Assembly (NCBI GenBank): GCA_023251535.1
Contig: JAHEYP010000014.1
Coordinates: forward strand, 11,726 to 75,725
DNA length: 64,000 nt
Origin: Bacteroidota bacterium
Lineage (GTDB): Bacteria; Bacteroidota; Bacteroidia; AKYH767-A; OLB10
Direction of reading: 5' to 3'
Of this stretch, positions 47,795-57,339 are shown one piece after another. Every line of letters starts with the position of its first letter. Position 1 is the first letter of the stretch. Made by a program: the position numbers and the translations under genes. The notes beneath the pieces are model-generated. The model saw nothing but the letters and a program-made list of their open reading frames with translations. It was not told the DNA's origin and ran no database searches.

Positions 47795-49360
47795 ATGTCA
47801 GAACAAGCATTTAAAAAGACAATACGTAGTGTAATTGCCGCAAGCTCGGTGGGTACACTTATCGAATGGTACGATTTCTACATCTTTGGTAGTTTGGCTA
47901 CAATCATTTCTACACAGTTTTTCCCTGATGATAAATCTTCAGCTGCGTTACTTTCTACTTTAGCAATATTTGCCGCCGGCTTTATTGTGCGCCCTTTTGG
48001 TGCATTAGTATTTGGACGTTTAGGCGATATGATTGGGCGTAAGTATACTTTCTTGTTAACCCTTGTATTAATGGGCGGATCTACTTTCGCTATCGGATTA
48101 ATACCTACTTATAAAACAATTGGTGTTGCCGCTCCTTTGTTGGTGCTATTGCTTCGCCTCATTCAAGGTTTAGCTCTTGGTGGTGAATATGGTGGTGCTG
48201 CTACTTATGTCGCCGAACATGCTCCTGCTGGTAAAAGAGGATTCTATACCAGCTGGATTCAAACTACAGCAACTCTAGGATTATTCCTTTCATTAGGTGT
48301 GATCCTTACTACAAGAACTACCCTGGGCGTAGAAACATTTAACGATTGGGGATGGAGAATTCCTTTTCTCGTTTCTTCAATCTTGGTTGTAGTTTCCATC
48401 TACATCCGCATGAAGATGCATGAGTCGCCAATGTTTACTAAACTTAAAAAAGAAGGAAGGATTTCTACTAATCCTTTGAAAGAAAGTTTTGGTAAGAAGG
48501 AAAATCTTAAGATGGTTTTATTGGCTTTATTTGGTGCAGTTATGGGACAAGGAGTAATTTGGTATACTGGACAATTCTATGCTCAATCATTCATCGAAAA
48601 TACTTGTAAAGTCGATTTCGCTCAGTCACGGACAATGTTACTTTGGGCTATTGCTTTCGCAACTCCTTTCTTTGTGGTGTTTGGTAGTTGGAGTGATAGA
48701 GTAGGACGTAAATGGATTATGTTAGGAGGGATGTTCCTCGGATTGATTTCTTACCGTAGTATCTATCAAGAGTTGTTGGATGTAACTAACGATAAAAACA
48801 AAGTGGAAGTTGTTGCTGAAAAAACACAATCTTACGAATCAAAACTCGTAACAGGAACTGCTGATTCATTAACCAAAACGATCACTATTCGTAAGTTTGA
48901 AGATGGTGCTGTGTTCAAGGAGACTAAAACAGATACTTTATATGCTGAAGTAGGTAAAGTTACTATAAAACCAACCATTAAAATGGAAAAGACTTTGGGT
49001 AATCATGATTACCGCTGGATGATTTTCTTGGTGTTTATTCAAATCATTTTTGTTACGATGGTATATGGTCCTATTGCTGCCTTCCTCGTAGAAATGTTCC
49101 CAACGCAAATTCGTTATACTTCAATGTCACTGCCATACCATATTGGTAATGGTGTCTTCGGAGGATTGGTACCGTTTATATCAACTCTAATTATTGAGTA
49201 CACTAAAACACCTGATAATCCCGCAGGACAACCTTTAGCAGGGTTGTGGTATCCAATGTCAGTTGCTGCTATCTGTTTAATTATAGGAGTCTTTTATCTG
49301 AGCAATAAAATTGATCAGAATGTAAAAGATGAAGAAAATGCTTACATCCACCATCAATAA
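47795..49360 (+). CDS. MFS transporter, metabolite:H+ symporter (MHS) family
   Basis: GTLIEWYDFY, RPFGALVFGRLGDMIGRK, RLIQGLALGGEYGGA, WGWRIPF, EMFPTQIRYTSMSLPYHIG. Confidence 0.9.
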   Translation: MSEQAFKKTIRSVIAASSVGTLIEWYDFYIFGSLATIISTQFFPDDKSSAALLSTLAIFAAGFIVRPFGALVFGRLGDMIGRKYTFLLTLVLMGGSTFAIGLIPTYKTIGVAAPLLVLLLRLIQGLALGGEYGGAATYVAEHAPAGKRGFYTSWIQTTATLGLFLSLGVILTTRTTLGVETFNDWGWRIPFLVSSILVVVSIYIRMKMHESPMFTKLKKEGRISTNPLKESFGKKENLKMVLLALFGAVMGQGVIWYTGQFYAQSFIENTCKVDFAQSRTMLLWAIAFATPFFVVFGSWSDRVGRKWIMLGGMFLGLISYRSIYQELLDVTNDKNKVEVVAEKTQSYESKLVTGTADSLTKTITIRKFEDGAVFKETKTDTLYAEVGKVTIKPTIKMEKTLGNHDYRWMIFLVFIQIIFVTMVYGPIAAFLVEMFPTQIRYTSMSLPYHIGNGVFGGLVPFISTLIIEYTKTPDNPAGQPLAGLWYPMSVAAICLIIGVFYLSNKIDQNVKDEENAYIHHQ

Positions 49361-49372
49361 AATCACTTTGCT

Positions 49373-49600
49373 ATGTCACAGTTAAGGAAAATATTAGGCA
49401 TCGTATGGATGCTTCTAGGGCCGGCTACTATTATATTTTTAATCAGTCAGGCTTCGCATAAAATCTCTCAACCTACAAGTACAACAAACGATGTGCTGCA
49501 GTGGGGAATCATCATCACCATCTTTGTTCCAATAGCTATCGGACTGATGATATTCGGGTACTATGCCGTAAAAGGAGAGTACGCAGAAATAGAAGAATAA
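49373..49600 (+). CDS. Small two-TM membrane protein (DUF6814-like)
   Basis: LRKILGIVWMLLGP...QWGIII.IF.PIA.GL.IFGYYA.KGEY; directly after MFS gene. Confidence 0.7.
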   Translation: MSQLRKILGIVWMLLGPATIIFLISQASHKISQPTSTTNDVLQWGIIITIFVPIAIGLMIFGYYAVKGEYAEIEE

Positions 49601-49688
49601 ATTAGTAATTACAATCAGGCCGGTATCGTCGCAGGTCCGGCTTGGTTGTTCTTAATTTATTATGTTGAATTTTGTTTAAATTAGTGCA

Positions 49689-49880
49689 ATGAATAATAGG
49701 GTGTCGTTGAAGCTTGGCGTTTTAGCAGTAGTTGGTTTATTACTGTTCAATTTTCCGTTGCTGAAAACGGTTAATTCTGCTGCCTTTTCTTCGAATTTAC
49801 CGATGATGCCTATTTATTTGTTTGTTTGCTGGATTCTTTTTGTCGCCCTCATTTTTTTAATCGTAAGGAGAAAGATATGA
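49689..49880 (+). CDS. Small two-TM membrane protein translationally coupled to sensor kinase
   Basis: LLFNFPLL...P..PIYLFVCW; stop overlaps kinase start (ATGA at 49877-49880). Confidence 0.7.
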   Translation: MNNRVSLKLGVLAVVGLLLFNFPLLKTVNSAAFSSNLPMMPIYLFVCWILFVALIFLIVRRKI

Positions 49881-52579
49881 ATCCGGTGATATTATCGATC
49901 GTATTTGTAGCGTACTTGCTATTACTGTTTTTCATCGCCTTTAAAGCTGAAGGATGGAAGTGGAAGGGACGAAAGATTACTTCATTACCTTTAGTTTATG
50001 CTCTTTCCGTTTCGGTGTTTTGCACGGCGTGGACTTTCTATGGAAGCTTAGGATCTGCATCAACAGGTTCACTTAATTTCTTGGCGGTTTATTTGGGTCC
50101 AACCATTATGGCGCCTTTAGGGTTTTTATTACTTAAAAAATTAGTACGTGTTTGTAAATTACAACAAATAACTTCGTTAGCAGATTTGATCTCATCTCGC
50201 TATGGGAAAAATATTTCATTGGGTTCTATTGTTACTGTTTGTTGTTTTATAGGTATCGTACCTTATCTTTCTCTTCAGTTAAAAGCTATCTCCGAAAGTT
50301 TTAGGATTTTAGGAGGGTATTCGTTCGATTATAAAGGCGTTGATACAATTGCTCTTGTAATCTCTTTCGTCTTAATTGGTTTTACTGTATTGTTTGGGTC
50401 TCGTAAAACACTGACTAGCGAACAGCATAGTGGATTATTAGCAGCAGTAGCTTTTGAATCGATTGTTAAGTTATTTGTATTCCTTCTTGCAGGATTAATT
50501 ATTTCGTATTTGGCATGGAATTCGCTTTCTGTCGGATTGAATTCAGATAGAATTGTGTCGGGATTCGCTTCTTTTTTTAAGGAAAAAGAGCATAGTACTT
50601 TTAATTTTGGTGATTGGTTCTGGGTTGCTTTAATCTCTGGATTTGCTTCTATTTTATTGCCTCGAATGTTTCAAATTAATGTGGTTGAGAATGATTCTGA
50701 ACATAATCTTACGCATTCAGTATGGGTATTTCCTTTTTACCTTTTATTGATTAATATTTTTGTTTTGCCGATTGCTTATGCAGGTTATTTGTTTCTCGGG
50801 AACAATACTATAACAGATTATACTTTATTGCTGCTTCCTTTAAAGTATAATTTGCCTTGGTTGGCTGTTTTCGTTTTTATTGGTGGGATTTCAGCTGCTA
50901 CGAGCATGGTAATTGTAGAAACGATTGCATTGAGTACAATGTTTAGTAATAGTTTAGTAATTCCTTTTTTAGCTCGTCAAGCTAATAGTAATTCGAAGAT
51001 TTCTTCTATTGGAAACAGTACTTTGTTTATCCGGAAGTTCGGCGTGTTCTTTACTATTTTGTCGGCTTATTTGTATTATGAGTTTGTGAGTCATTATACA
51101 AGTTTGATTTCAATCGGATTAATTTCTTTTGTTTCTGTTGCTCAATTTGCTCCTTCAGTTTTTGGAGGATTATATTGGAAGTCAGGAAATAAATACGGTG
51201 CATTGTCAGGTATTATAATAGGGTTCGTTGTTTGGTTTTTTACACTCATCGTTCCTTCGCTCGCACAAAATAATATTTTAAGTCGCGATATAATTGATTA
51301 TGGTTTGTTTCATCTAGCTTGGCTTAAGCCAAATTCATTGTTTGGTCTCGATGGATGGGGTTCAATTGCACATGCTTCGTTTTGGTCACTGTTGTTTAAT
51401 TTTGGTTGTTATATTGTTGTTTCTGTGTGGACAAATCAAACAGAGGAAGAAAAAGCTCAAGCCGAATTATTTGTCGATATTTTCAAGTATTCTGAAGTGT
51501 ATGAGTCTTCGGTTGTTTATAAGGGTGTAGCTTATATTCCCGATGTGAAAGCTTTACTTGCGAACTTTGTAGGTGATGTTCGTGCCAATAACTTAATTAA
51601 CGCCTTTTCTAAACGCCATAAAATTGAAAATGATATTTCTGCAAAGGCAGATCCTCGTATGGTGGCTTTCGTTGAGCGTACATTAAGTGGAATCGTGGGA
51701 TCGGCATCATCTCGTTTAATGGTTGCTACTGTCGTTAAAGAGGAAGAAGTGAGCGTCCAAGAGTTGATGGGTGTACTAAAGGAATCGCAGAGCCTTATCG
51801 CTTTGAACAATGAATTGAAACGAAAAACAATTGAGTTGAATAATACTAAAAGTGATTTGGAGGATACAAATCGTAAGTTAATTCAGCTTGACGAATTGAA
51901 GGACGATTTTTTAACTACCGTAACTCATGAATTGCGTACTCCAATTACTTCTATTCGTGCATTTTCTGAAATTTTGTATGATAATCCTGATATGGAGATC
52001 GAAGATCGTCAACATTATACTAACATTATAACTCGCGAAACGGAACGTATTACTCGATTAATTGCTCAAGTTTTGGACTTAGAGAAATATGAATCGGGAC
52101 GGCAAAAATTGCACCTTACTCGATTTGATTTATATGATGTTGTTATAAGTGTTATTGAAGGTATGCAACAGCTGGTTGCTGAAAAGCAAATCAATATCAA
52201 TGTCACAGAATTTTCTCACTTAGTGATTGCTGATGAAGATAAAATTACACAAGTACTAATCAACTTAATTAGCAATGCAGTGAAATTTGTCCCTCAAAAC
52301 ACAGGAGAGATTTCTATCGAATGTTCATTAGTTAGTGGTATGATTAATTTAGTGGTATCTGATAATGGTAAAGGAATCGATCCTCAGTTTCATGAGTTGA
52401 TTTTCGATAAATTCTATCAAGCAGAAAATCAAACTATACGTAAACCGAAAGGTAGCGGATTAGGTTTAGCAATCTGCAAAAAAATTATGCAACTGCATGG
52501 CGGTGATATTTCGTTGAGAAGTATTCTTGGTCAGGGCAGTGAATTCACAATAATATTTCCAATTAATAGGGAGGTTTAG
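49877..52579 (+). CDS. Sodium:solute symporter (SLC5)-domain sensor histidine kinase (CrbS/MxtR-like)
   Basis: SLC5 motifs (VFCTAWTFYGS, SLADLISSRYGK, AVAFESIVKL, LPRMF, GGISAATSM); STAC-like region (LSGIVGSASSR); THELRTP H-box, NLISNAVKF, DNGKGI, GSGLGL. Confidence 0.88.
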   Translation: MNPVILSIVFVAYLLLLFFIAFKAEGWKWKGRKITSLPLVYALSVSVFCTAWTFYGSLGSASTGSLNFLAVYLGPTIMAPLGFLLLKKLVRVCKLQQITSLADLISSRYGKNISLGSIVTVCCFIGIVPYLSLQLKAISESFRILGGYSFDYKGVDTIALVISFVLIGFTVLFGSRKTLTSEQHSGLLAAVAFESIVKLFVFLLAGLIISYLAWNSLSVGLNSDRIVSGFASFFKEKEHSTFNFGDWFWVALISGFASILLPRMFQINVVENDSEHNLTHSVWVFPFYLLLINIFVLPIAYAGYLFLGNNTITDYTLLLLPLKYNLPWLAVFVFIGGISAATSMVIVETIALSTMFSNSLVIPFLARQANSNSKISSIGNSTLFIRKFGVFFTILSAYLYYEFVSHYTSLISIGLISFVSVAQFAPSVFGGLYWKSGNKYGALSGIIIGFVVWFFTLIVPSLAQNNILSRDIIDYGLFHLAWLKPNSLFGLDGWGSIAHASFWSLLFNFGCYIVVSVWTNQTEEEKAQAELFVDIFKYSEVYESSVVYKGVAYIPDVKALLANFVGDVRANNLINAFSKRHKIENDISAKADPRMVAFVERTLSGIVGSASSRLMVATVVKEEEVSVQELMGVLKESQSLIALNNELKRKTIELNNTKSDLEDTNRKLIQLDELKDDFLTTVTHELRTPITSIRAFSEILYDNPDMEIEDRQHYTNIITRETERITRLIAQVLDLEKYESGRQKLHLTRFDLYDVVISVIEGMQQLVAEKQININVTEFSHLVIADEDKITQVLINLISNAVKFVPQNTGEISIECSLVSGMINLVVSDNGKGIDPQFHELIFDKFYQAENQTIRKPKGSGLGLAICKKIMQLHGGDISLRSILGQGSEFTIIFPINREV

Positions 52580-52581
52580 TT

Positions 52582-52944
52582 ATGTATAAAATATTGATTG
52601 CCGATGATGAGCCAAACATCCTTTTATCGCTTGAATTTTTAATGCGAAAAAGTGGATATAATGTGTTTATTGCTCGAAATGGCTCGGAAGCTATGGAAAT
52701 CATAAATCGTGATAAACCTCAGTTGGTGGTATTAGATATTATGATGCCGGATATTGATGGATATCAAATTTGCACTCATATCAAATCATCAAAAGAACTG
52801 TCAGATTGCAAAGTAGTATTTCTTTCCGCCAAGGCAAAAGAAGGTGATATTAAAAAAGGATTAGAAATTGGAGCGGATGCGTATCTGACAAAACCGTTTT
52901 CTACCCGTGTATTAATGCAAAAAATAAGTGAACTGTTAAAGTAA
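52582..52944 (+). CDS. Single-domain response regulator (receiver only)
   Basis: 120 aa; ILIADDEP, LDIMMP, FLSAK, YLTKPF; no output domain. Confidence 0.9.
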   Translation: MYKILIADDEPNILLSLEFLMRKSGYNVFIARNGSEAMEIINRDKPQLVVLDIMMPDIDGYQICTHIKSSKELSDCKVVFLSAKAKEGDIKKGLEIGADAYLTKPFSTRVLMQKISELLK

Positions 52945-52957
52945 AATTCATATCACC

Positions 52958-54880
52958 ATGACACCATATCGTCAATTATATCGTCGTAGTATTGAAAACC
53001 CTGAGGCTTTTTGGGGTGAGCAAGCATCGTTAATTAAATGGTTTAAATCGCCAGAGAATATTCTTTCTCGTGATGAAAAAGGACTTTATCGATGGTATAG
53101 TGATGGTGTAATGAATACTTGTTATTTAGCGGTCGATAAACATGTGGAAGAGGGCAGAGGTGATCAAGTTGCTTTGATTTATGATTCTCCCGTTACAAAG
53201 GTTGTAGAGAAGTTTACTTATAATGATCTGCAAAAAAATGTTTCTACGCTTGCTGGTGGATTGCAAAAATTAGGAGTACAAAAGGGTGATCGTGTTGTGA
53301 TTTATATGCCTTTAGTTCCCGAAGCTTTATTTTCAATGTTGGCTTGCGCTAGAATTGGAGCCGTGCATTCAGTGGTGTTCGGCGGATTCGCTCCACATGA
53401 ATTAGCTGTTCGTATTGATGATGCGCAACCGAAAGTAATAATTTCTGCTTCTTGCGGAATAGAAATCGATCGCGTGATTGCTTATAAGCCAATGCTCGAT
53501 GATGCAATTAGTAAATCGATTTTCAAACCTCAGCATACTGTGATTTTACAACGTCCTATGATGACCGCCGATATGTGGCCCGGTCGCGATGTTGATTATA
53601 ATGAATTGGTGCAAAATTCCCCTTCTGCAGATTGTGTTCCATTAAATGCGAATGATCCTCTTTATATTCTTTATACGAGTGGAACAACAGGTAAACCGAA
53701 AGGAATATTACGCGATAATGGAGGTCATGCTGTAGCATTACGTTTTAGCATGGATCATATTTATAATGTTAAAGCCGGTGATGTGTTCTGGGCTGCAAGT
53801 GATGTGGGTTGGGTTGTAGGACATAGCTATATGGTTTATGGTCCTTTGTTGCAAGGCTGCACTACATTGCTCTATGAAGGAAAGCCTGTCCGCACTCCCG
53901 ATGCAGGAGCTTTCTGGCGAGTTGTGGAACAACATAAAGTGAATATTCTATTTACTGCTCCAACTGCATTCCGTGCTATTAAGAAAGAAGATCCCGAAGG
54001 TGAGTTGCTTCACAAGTATGATATTTCTTCATTGCATCGTTTGTATTTGGCAGGTGAACGTTGTGATGTCCCAACTTGGTATTGGGCTACTGAAATGTTG
54101 AAAGTTCCTGTTGTTGATCATTGGTGGCAAACAGAAAGCGGATGGCCTATCGTGGCTCAAATGCCTTCTATTGAGGAACATCTTTTATTGAAGCCTGGCT
54201 CTGCAGGTAAACCGATTCCGGGATATAAAATTGATGTGCTTAATGAAGAGGGTGAATTATTGATTCCTAATCAAGAGGGATTTGTTGCAATCAAATTACC
54301 TCTTCCTCCCGGATGCTTACCTGATTTGTACAACGATACTGATCGTTTCATTTCATCCTACCTTGAGAAATTCCCTGGTTACTATTTAACAGGTGATGGC
54401 GGATATAAGGATGAAGAGGATTATGTTTATATTATGGGTAGAGTTGATGATGTGATTAATGTCGCAGGACATCGATTATCTACCGGTGAAATGGAGGAGA
54501 TGGTGGCAGCTCATCCGTTCGTTGCAGAATGTGCTGTAGTTGGCATAGCCGACGAATTAAAAGGTCATCTTCCTCTTGCTTATGTTGTAGTTAGAGATGG
54601 TGTTGTGCCCAACGAATTACTTATCGAAAAGGAATTAGTAAAGTTGATTCGTGATAATATCGGAGCCGTTGCTTGTTTTAAAAATTGTGTTCTCGTTAAG
54701 CGCTTGCCAAAAACGCGATCAGGGAAAATTCTTCGACGCTTACTTCGAAATATCGCCGATGGTGAACATTATATTGTTCCAAGTACTATCGATGATCCTC
54801 TAATTTTAACAGAGGTTCATGATGCACTAAAGGCCCGCCGTATAGGGCAGGCCTTCATAGGTGTGGTGGATGATGAGTAA
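52958..54880 (+). CDS. prpE: Propionyl-CoA/acetyl-CoA synthetase (PrpE-like)
   Basis: YTSGTTGKPKG, WAASDVGWVVGHSY, DHWWQTESGWP, GHRLSTGEMEE, LPKTRSGKILR; substrate (propionate vs acetate) not certain. Confidence 0.8.
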   Translation: MTPYRQLYRRSIENPEAFWGEQASLIKWFKSPENILSRDEKGLYRWYSDGVMNTCYLAVDKHVEEGRGDQVALIYDSPVTKVVEKFTYNDLQKNVSTLAGGLQKLGVQKGDRVVIYMPLVPEALFSMLACARIGAVHSVVFGGFAPHELAVRIDDAQPKVIISASCGIEIDRVIAYKPMLDDAISKSIFKPQHTVILQRPMMTADMWPGRDVDYNELVQNSPSADCVPLNANDPLYILYTSGTTGKPKGILRDNGGHAVALRFSMDHIYNVKAGDVFWAASDVGWVVGHSYMVYGPLLQGCTTLLYEGKPVRTPDAGAFWRVVEQHKVNILFTAPTAFRAIKKEDPEGELLHKYDISSLHRLYLAGERCDVPTWYWATEMLKVPVVDHWWQTESGWPIVAQMPSIEEHLLLKPGSAGKPIPGYKIDVLNEEGELLIPNQEGFVAIKLPLPPGCLPDLYNDTDRFISSYLEKFPGYYLTGDGGYKDEEDYVYIMGRVDDVINVAGHRLSTGEMEEMVAAHPFVAECAVVGIADELKGHLPLAYVVVRDGVVPNELLIEKELVKLIRDNIGAVACFKNCVLVKRLPKTRSGKILRRLLRNIADGEHYIVPSTIDDPLILTEVHDALKARRIGQAFIGVVDDE

Positions 54881-54883
54881 AAA

Positions 54884-56098
54884 TTATTGAATCGCAACTC
54901 GACTTTGATATAATCCTTTGTCGGTTGTTACATTGATAATGTAAATGCCTTTAGCGAACAAACTCTTGTCGAAGCTAACTGTTGATTCTTGATTCTGTAT
55001 TTCTGTAATTAAACTTCCGTTGCTGTTGAAAATTTGTGCCGATTCAATTTTGGTTGAGTTCATGGCAACTATTTCAATGCTGTTTGCAAGATTCTTAACA
55101 ACTAGATTATTGCTGTTGCTGATTTCTTGTATTCCAACGCCATTAACAATTACCGGTGCAGATGTCGCCGGACAACCAATCGAGTCTACAATTGTAACAG
55201 TGTATGTTCCGTTTTGTGTTGCAGTATATGATTGATTTGTTCCTGTTACTATCGGCTGACCATTATAGTTCCATTGGTAAGTTGTTGCTGAAGTTGACGT
55301 TAATACGGCACCGTTAGTAGTAATAATAGGAGTTAATGATCCTTGATAGAAAGGAACGTTAGTTGATAGTGATCCTGATGTTAATGTTCCCGCATTTCCA
55401 CTTGTTGTTTGATCAGGAATATTAGTTCCGCTTGCTACATTAAAGTTCCAATACCCCACTAACCCCGGTGATGTTGGTGAAATATGACGATTGTATCCTG
55501 CTAAAATTTCAGAACGTGATAAAGCTCGATCCCAAATTCTGGCTTCATCAATTTGTCCACTGAAAAATCTACTTGGTGTTCCACTTCCTTCCGACCATCT
55601 TCCTATACATAATGGAAATGCTGTTGATGGAACTATCGATCCTCTAAATGCAGTAGCCCCAACTTCAATTGTGTTTAGGTAGATTTTTAAACTGTCGCCG
55701 TCATAAACTCCCGCAACATGTTGCCAAGTGTTTAGCGAAAGTGTGTTAATAGGACTTATTATTTCTTTCCATGTTGCCACTAATCCTGAACTGTCGGTGC
55801 CTGCAATTGCAAATGATAATTGCCCCATTCCACCACATCTAATTACATAACCTTGCTTTCCTTGGCTAGAACTGTGTTTGCATATAATGGAATTTGTAAA
55901 CGACGAAGTCCCGAAAGTTGATGGTTTAATCCATGCTTCTAAGGTTACTGTACTATCAAGTGATAAATTGGTGCTATTTACAAAGGAAACATAGCCTGAA
56001 GTTCCACCCAATAAAATCGATTTTGTATTGGCAGTGCATTGTGCATTACAATTTACATAAATTGAGCATAACAATACTAAGGTTGCAAGATGTTTCAT
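54884..56098 (-). CDS. LamG-like jellyroll + Ig-like T9SS-secreted protein (paralog 1)
   Basis: TLEAWIKP, WQHVAGVYDG, FSGQIDEARIW, LVGYWNF; TYQWNYNG..GTYTVTIVD; CTD-like tail KGIYIINV. Confidence 0.82.
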   Translation of the reverse strand: MKHLATLVLLCSIYVNCNAQCTANTKSILLGGTSGYVSFVNSTNLSLDSTVTLEAWIKPSTFGTSSFTNSIICKHSSSQGKQGYVIRCGGMGQLSFAIAGTDSSGLVATWKEIISPINTLSLNTWQHVAGVYDGDSLKIYLNTIEVGATAFRGSIVPSTAFPLCIGRWSEGSGTPSRFFSGQIDEARIWDRALSRSEILAGYNRHISPTSPGLVGYWNFNVASGTNIPDQTTSGNAGTLTSGSLSTNVPFYQGSLTPIITTNGAVLTSTSATTYQWNYNGQPIVTGTNQSYTATQNGTYTVTIVDSIGCPATSAPVIVNGVGIQEISNSNNLVVKNLANSIEIVAMNSTKIESAQIFNSNGSLITEIQNQESTVSFDKSLFAKGIYIINVTTDKGLYQSRVAIQ

Positions 56099-56103
56099 AG
56101 TTC

Positions 56104-57318
56104 TTATTGTATCGCAACACGACTTTGATATAATCCTTTGTCGGTTGTTACATTGATAATGTAAATTCCTTTAGCGAATTGGCTTTTATTGAAGCTAACT
56201 GTTGATTCTTGATTCTGTATTTCTGCAATTAAACTTCCGTTGCTGTTGAAAATTTGTGCCGATTCAATTTTGGTTGAGTTCATGGCAACTATTTCAATGC
56301 TGTTTGAAAGATTCTTAACGACTAGATTATTGCTGTTGTTGATTTCTTGTATTCCAACGCCATTAACAATTACCGGTGCAGATGTCGCCGGACAACCAAT
56401 CGAGTCTACAATTGTAACAGTGTATGTTCCGTTTTGCGTTGCAGTATATGATTGATTTGTTCCAGTTACAATCGGCTGACCATTATAGTTCCATTGGTAA
56501 GTTGTTGCTGAAGTTGACGTTAATACGGCACCGTTAGTAGAAATAATAGGAGTTAAAGATCCTTGAAAGAATGGTACATTCGTTGAAAGTGATCCTGATG
56601 TTAATGTTCCCGCATTTCCACTCGATGTTTGATCAGGTAAACTTGTTCCTGCTGCAATATTGAAGTTCCAATACCCTGCTAATCCAGGTGAAGTAGGAGA
56701 GATATGACGATTGTATCCTGCAGCTAGTTCAGTTTGCGATACAGCTCTGTTCCATACTCTTACTTCATCAATTTGTCCACTAAAATATCTGCTGGCACCA
56801 ACTCCAGGATCCGACAACCTGCCAATAACGGCCGGGAATGATGTTGATGGTACAATAGATCCTTTGAATGCATATGCGGTAACTTGAATTGTATTTACAA
56901 ATAATCGGGCTGTATCACCATCATATGTAGCTGCAACATGTTGCCATGTATTTAATGTTAATGCACTTGTAGGGCTAACTACATTCTGCCAACTAGTTGG
57001 TGTGCCGGTACTATCAAGACCTGCAAAATTAAAGGATAGCTGTCCGCTGGCACCACATCTTAAAACATAACCCATTTCTCCTTGCGTCCAACTGTGTTTG
57101 CAGAATATGGAATTGGTGTAGTTGTTGGCTCCAAATGCTGTTGGTTTTATCCAAGCTTCCACCGTGATAGCACTGTCAATTTGTAAATTGCTATCTGTCG
57201 TAAATGACACATAGCTACTCGTACCATTTAATACAATTGATTTGGTGTTTGCTGTACATTGGCTGTATGCTTGTGTGCCAAATCCTAAGGTTAAAATAAG
57301 CAGTAGAATTCTTTTCAT
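56104..57318 (-). CDS. LamG-like jellyroll + Ig-like T9SS-secreted protein (paralog 2)
   Basis: Same architecture and length (404 aa) as the adjacent gene. Confidence 0.82.
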   Translation of the reverse strand: MKRILLLILTLGFGTQAYSQCTANTKSIVLNGTSSYVSFTTDSNLQIDSAITVEAWIKPTAFGANNYTNSIFCKHSWTQGEMGYVLRCGASGQLSFNFAGLDSTGTPTSWQNVVSPTSALTLNTWQHVAATYDGDTARLFVNTIQVTAYAFKGSIVPSTSFPAVIGRLSDPGVGASRYFSGQIDEVRVWNRAVSQTELAAGYNRHISPTSPGLAGYWNFNIAAGTSLPDQTSSGNAGTLTSGSLSTNVPFFQGSLTPIISTNGAVLTSTSATTYQWNYNGQPIVTGTNQSYTATQNGTYTVTIVDSIGCPATSAPVIVNGVGIQEINNSNNLVVKNLSNSIEIVAMNSTKIESAQIFNSNGSLIAEIQNQESTVSFNKSQFAKGIYIINVTTDKGLYQSRVAIQ

Positions 57319-57339
57319 GTTCTTTAATATGTTTGGGTG

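Larger units (their letters stand above)
54884..57318. repeat. Tandem gene duplication, 1220-bp unit
   Basis: About 54884-55410 is nearly identical to about 56104-56630; remainder homologous but diverged. Confidence 0.9.

Noticed and set aside
54884..57318. Diversity-generating retroelement template/variable repeat pair
   Set aside because: Both copies are complete genes, differences are not adenine-specific, and no reverse transcriptase is present in the window
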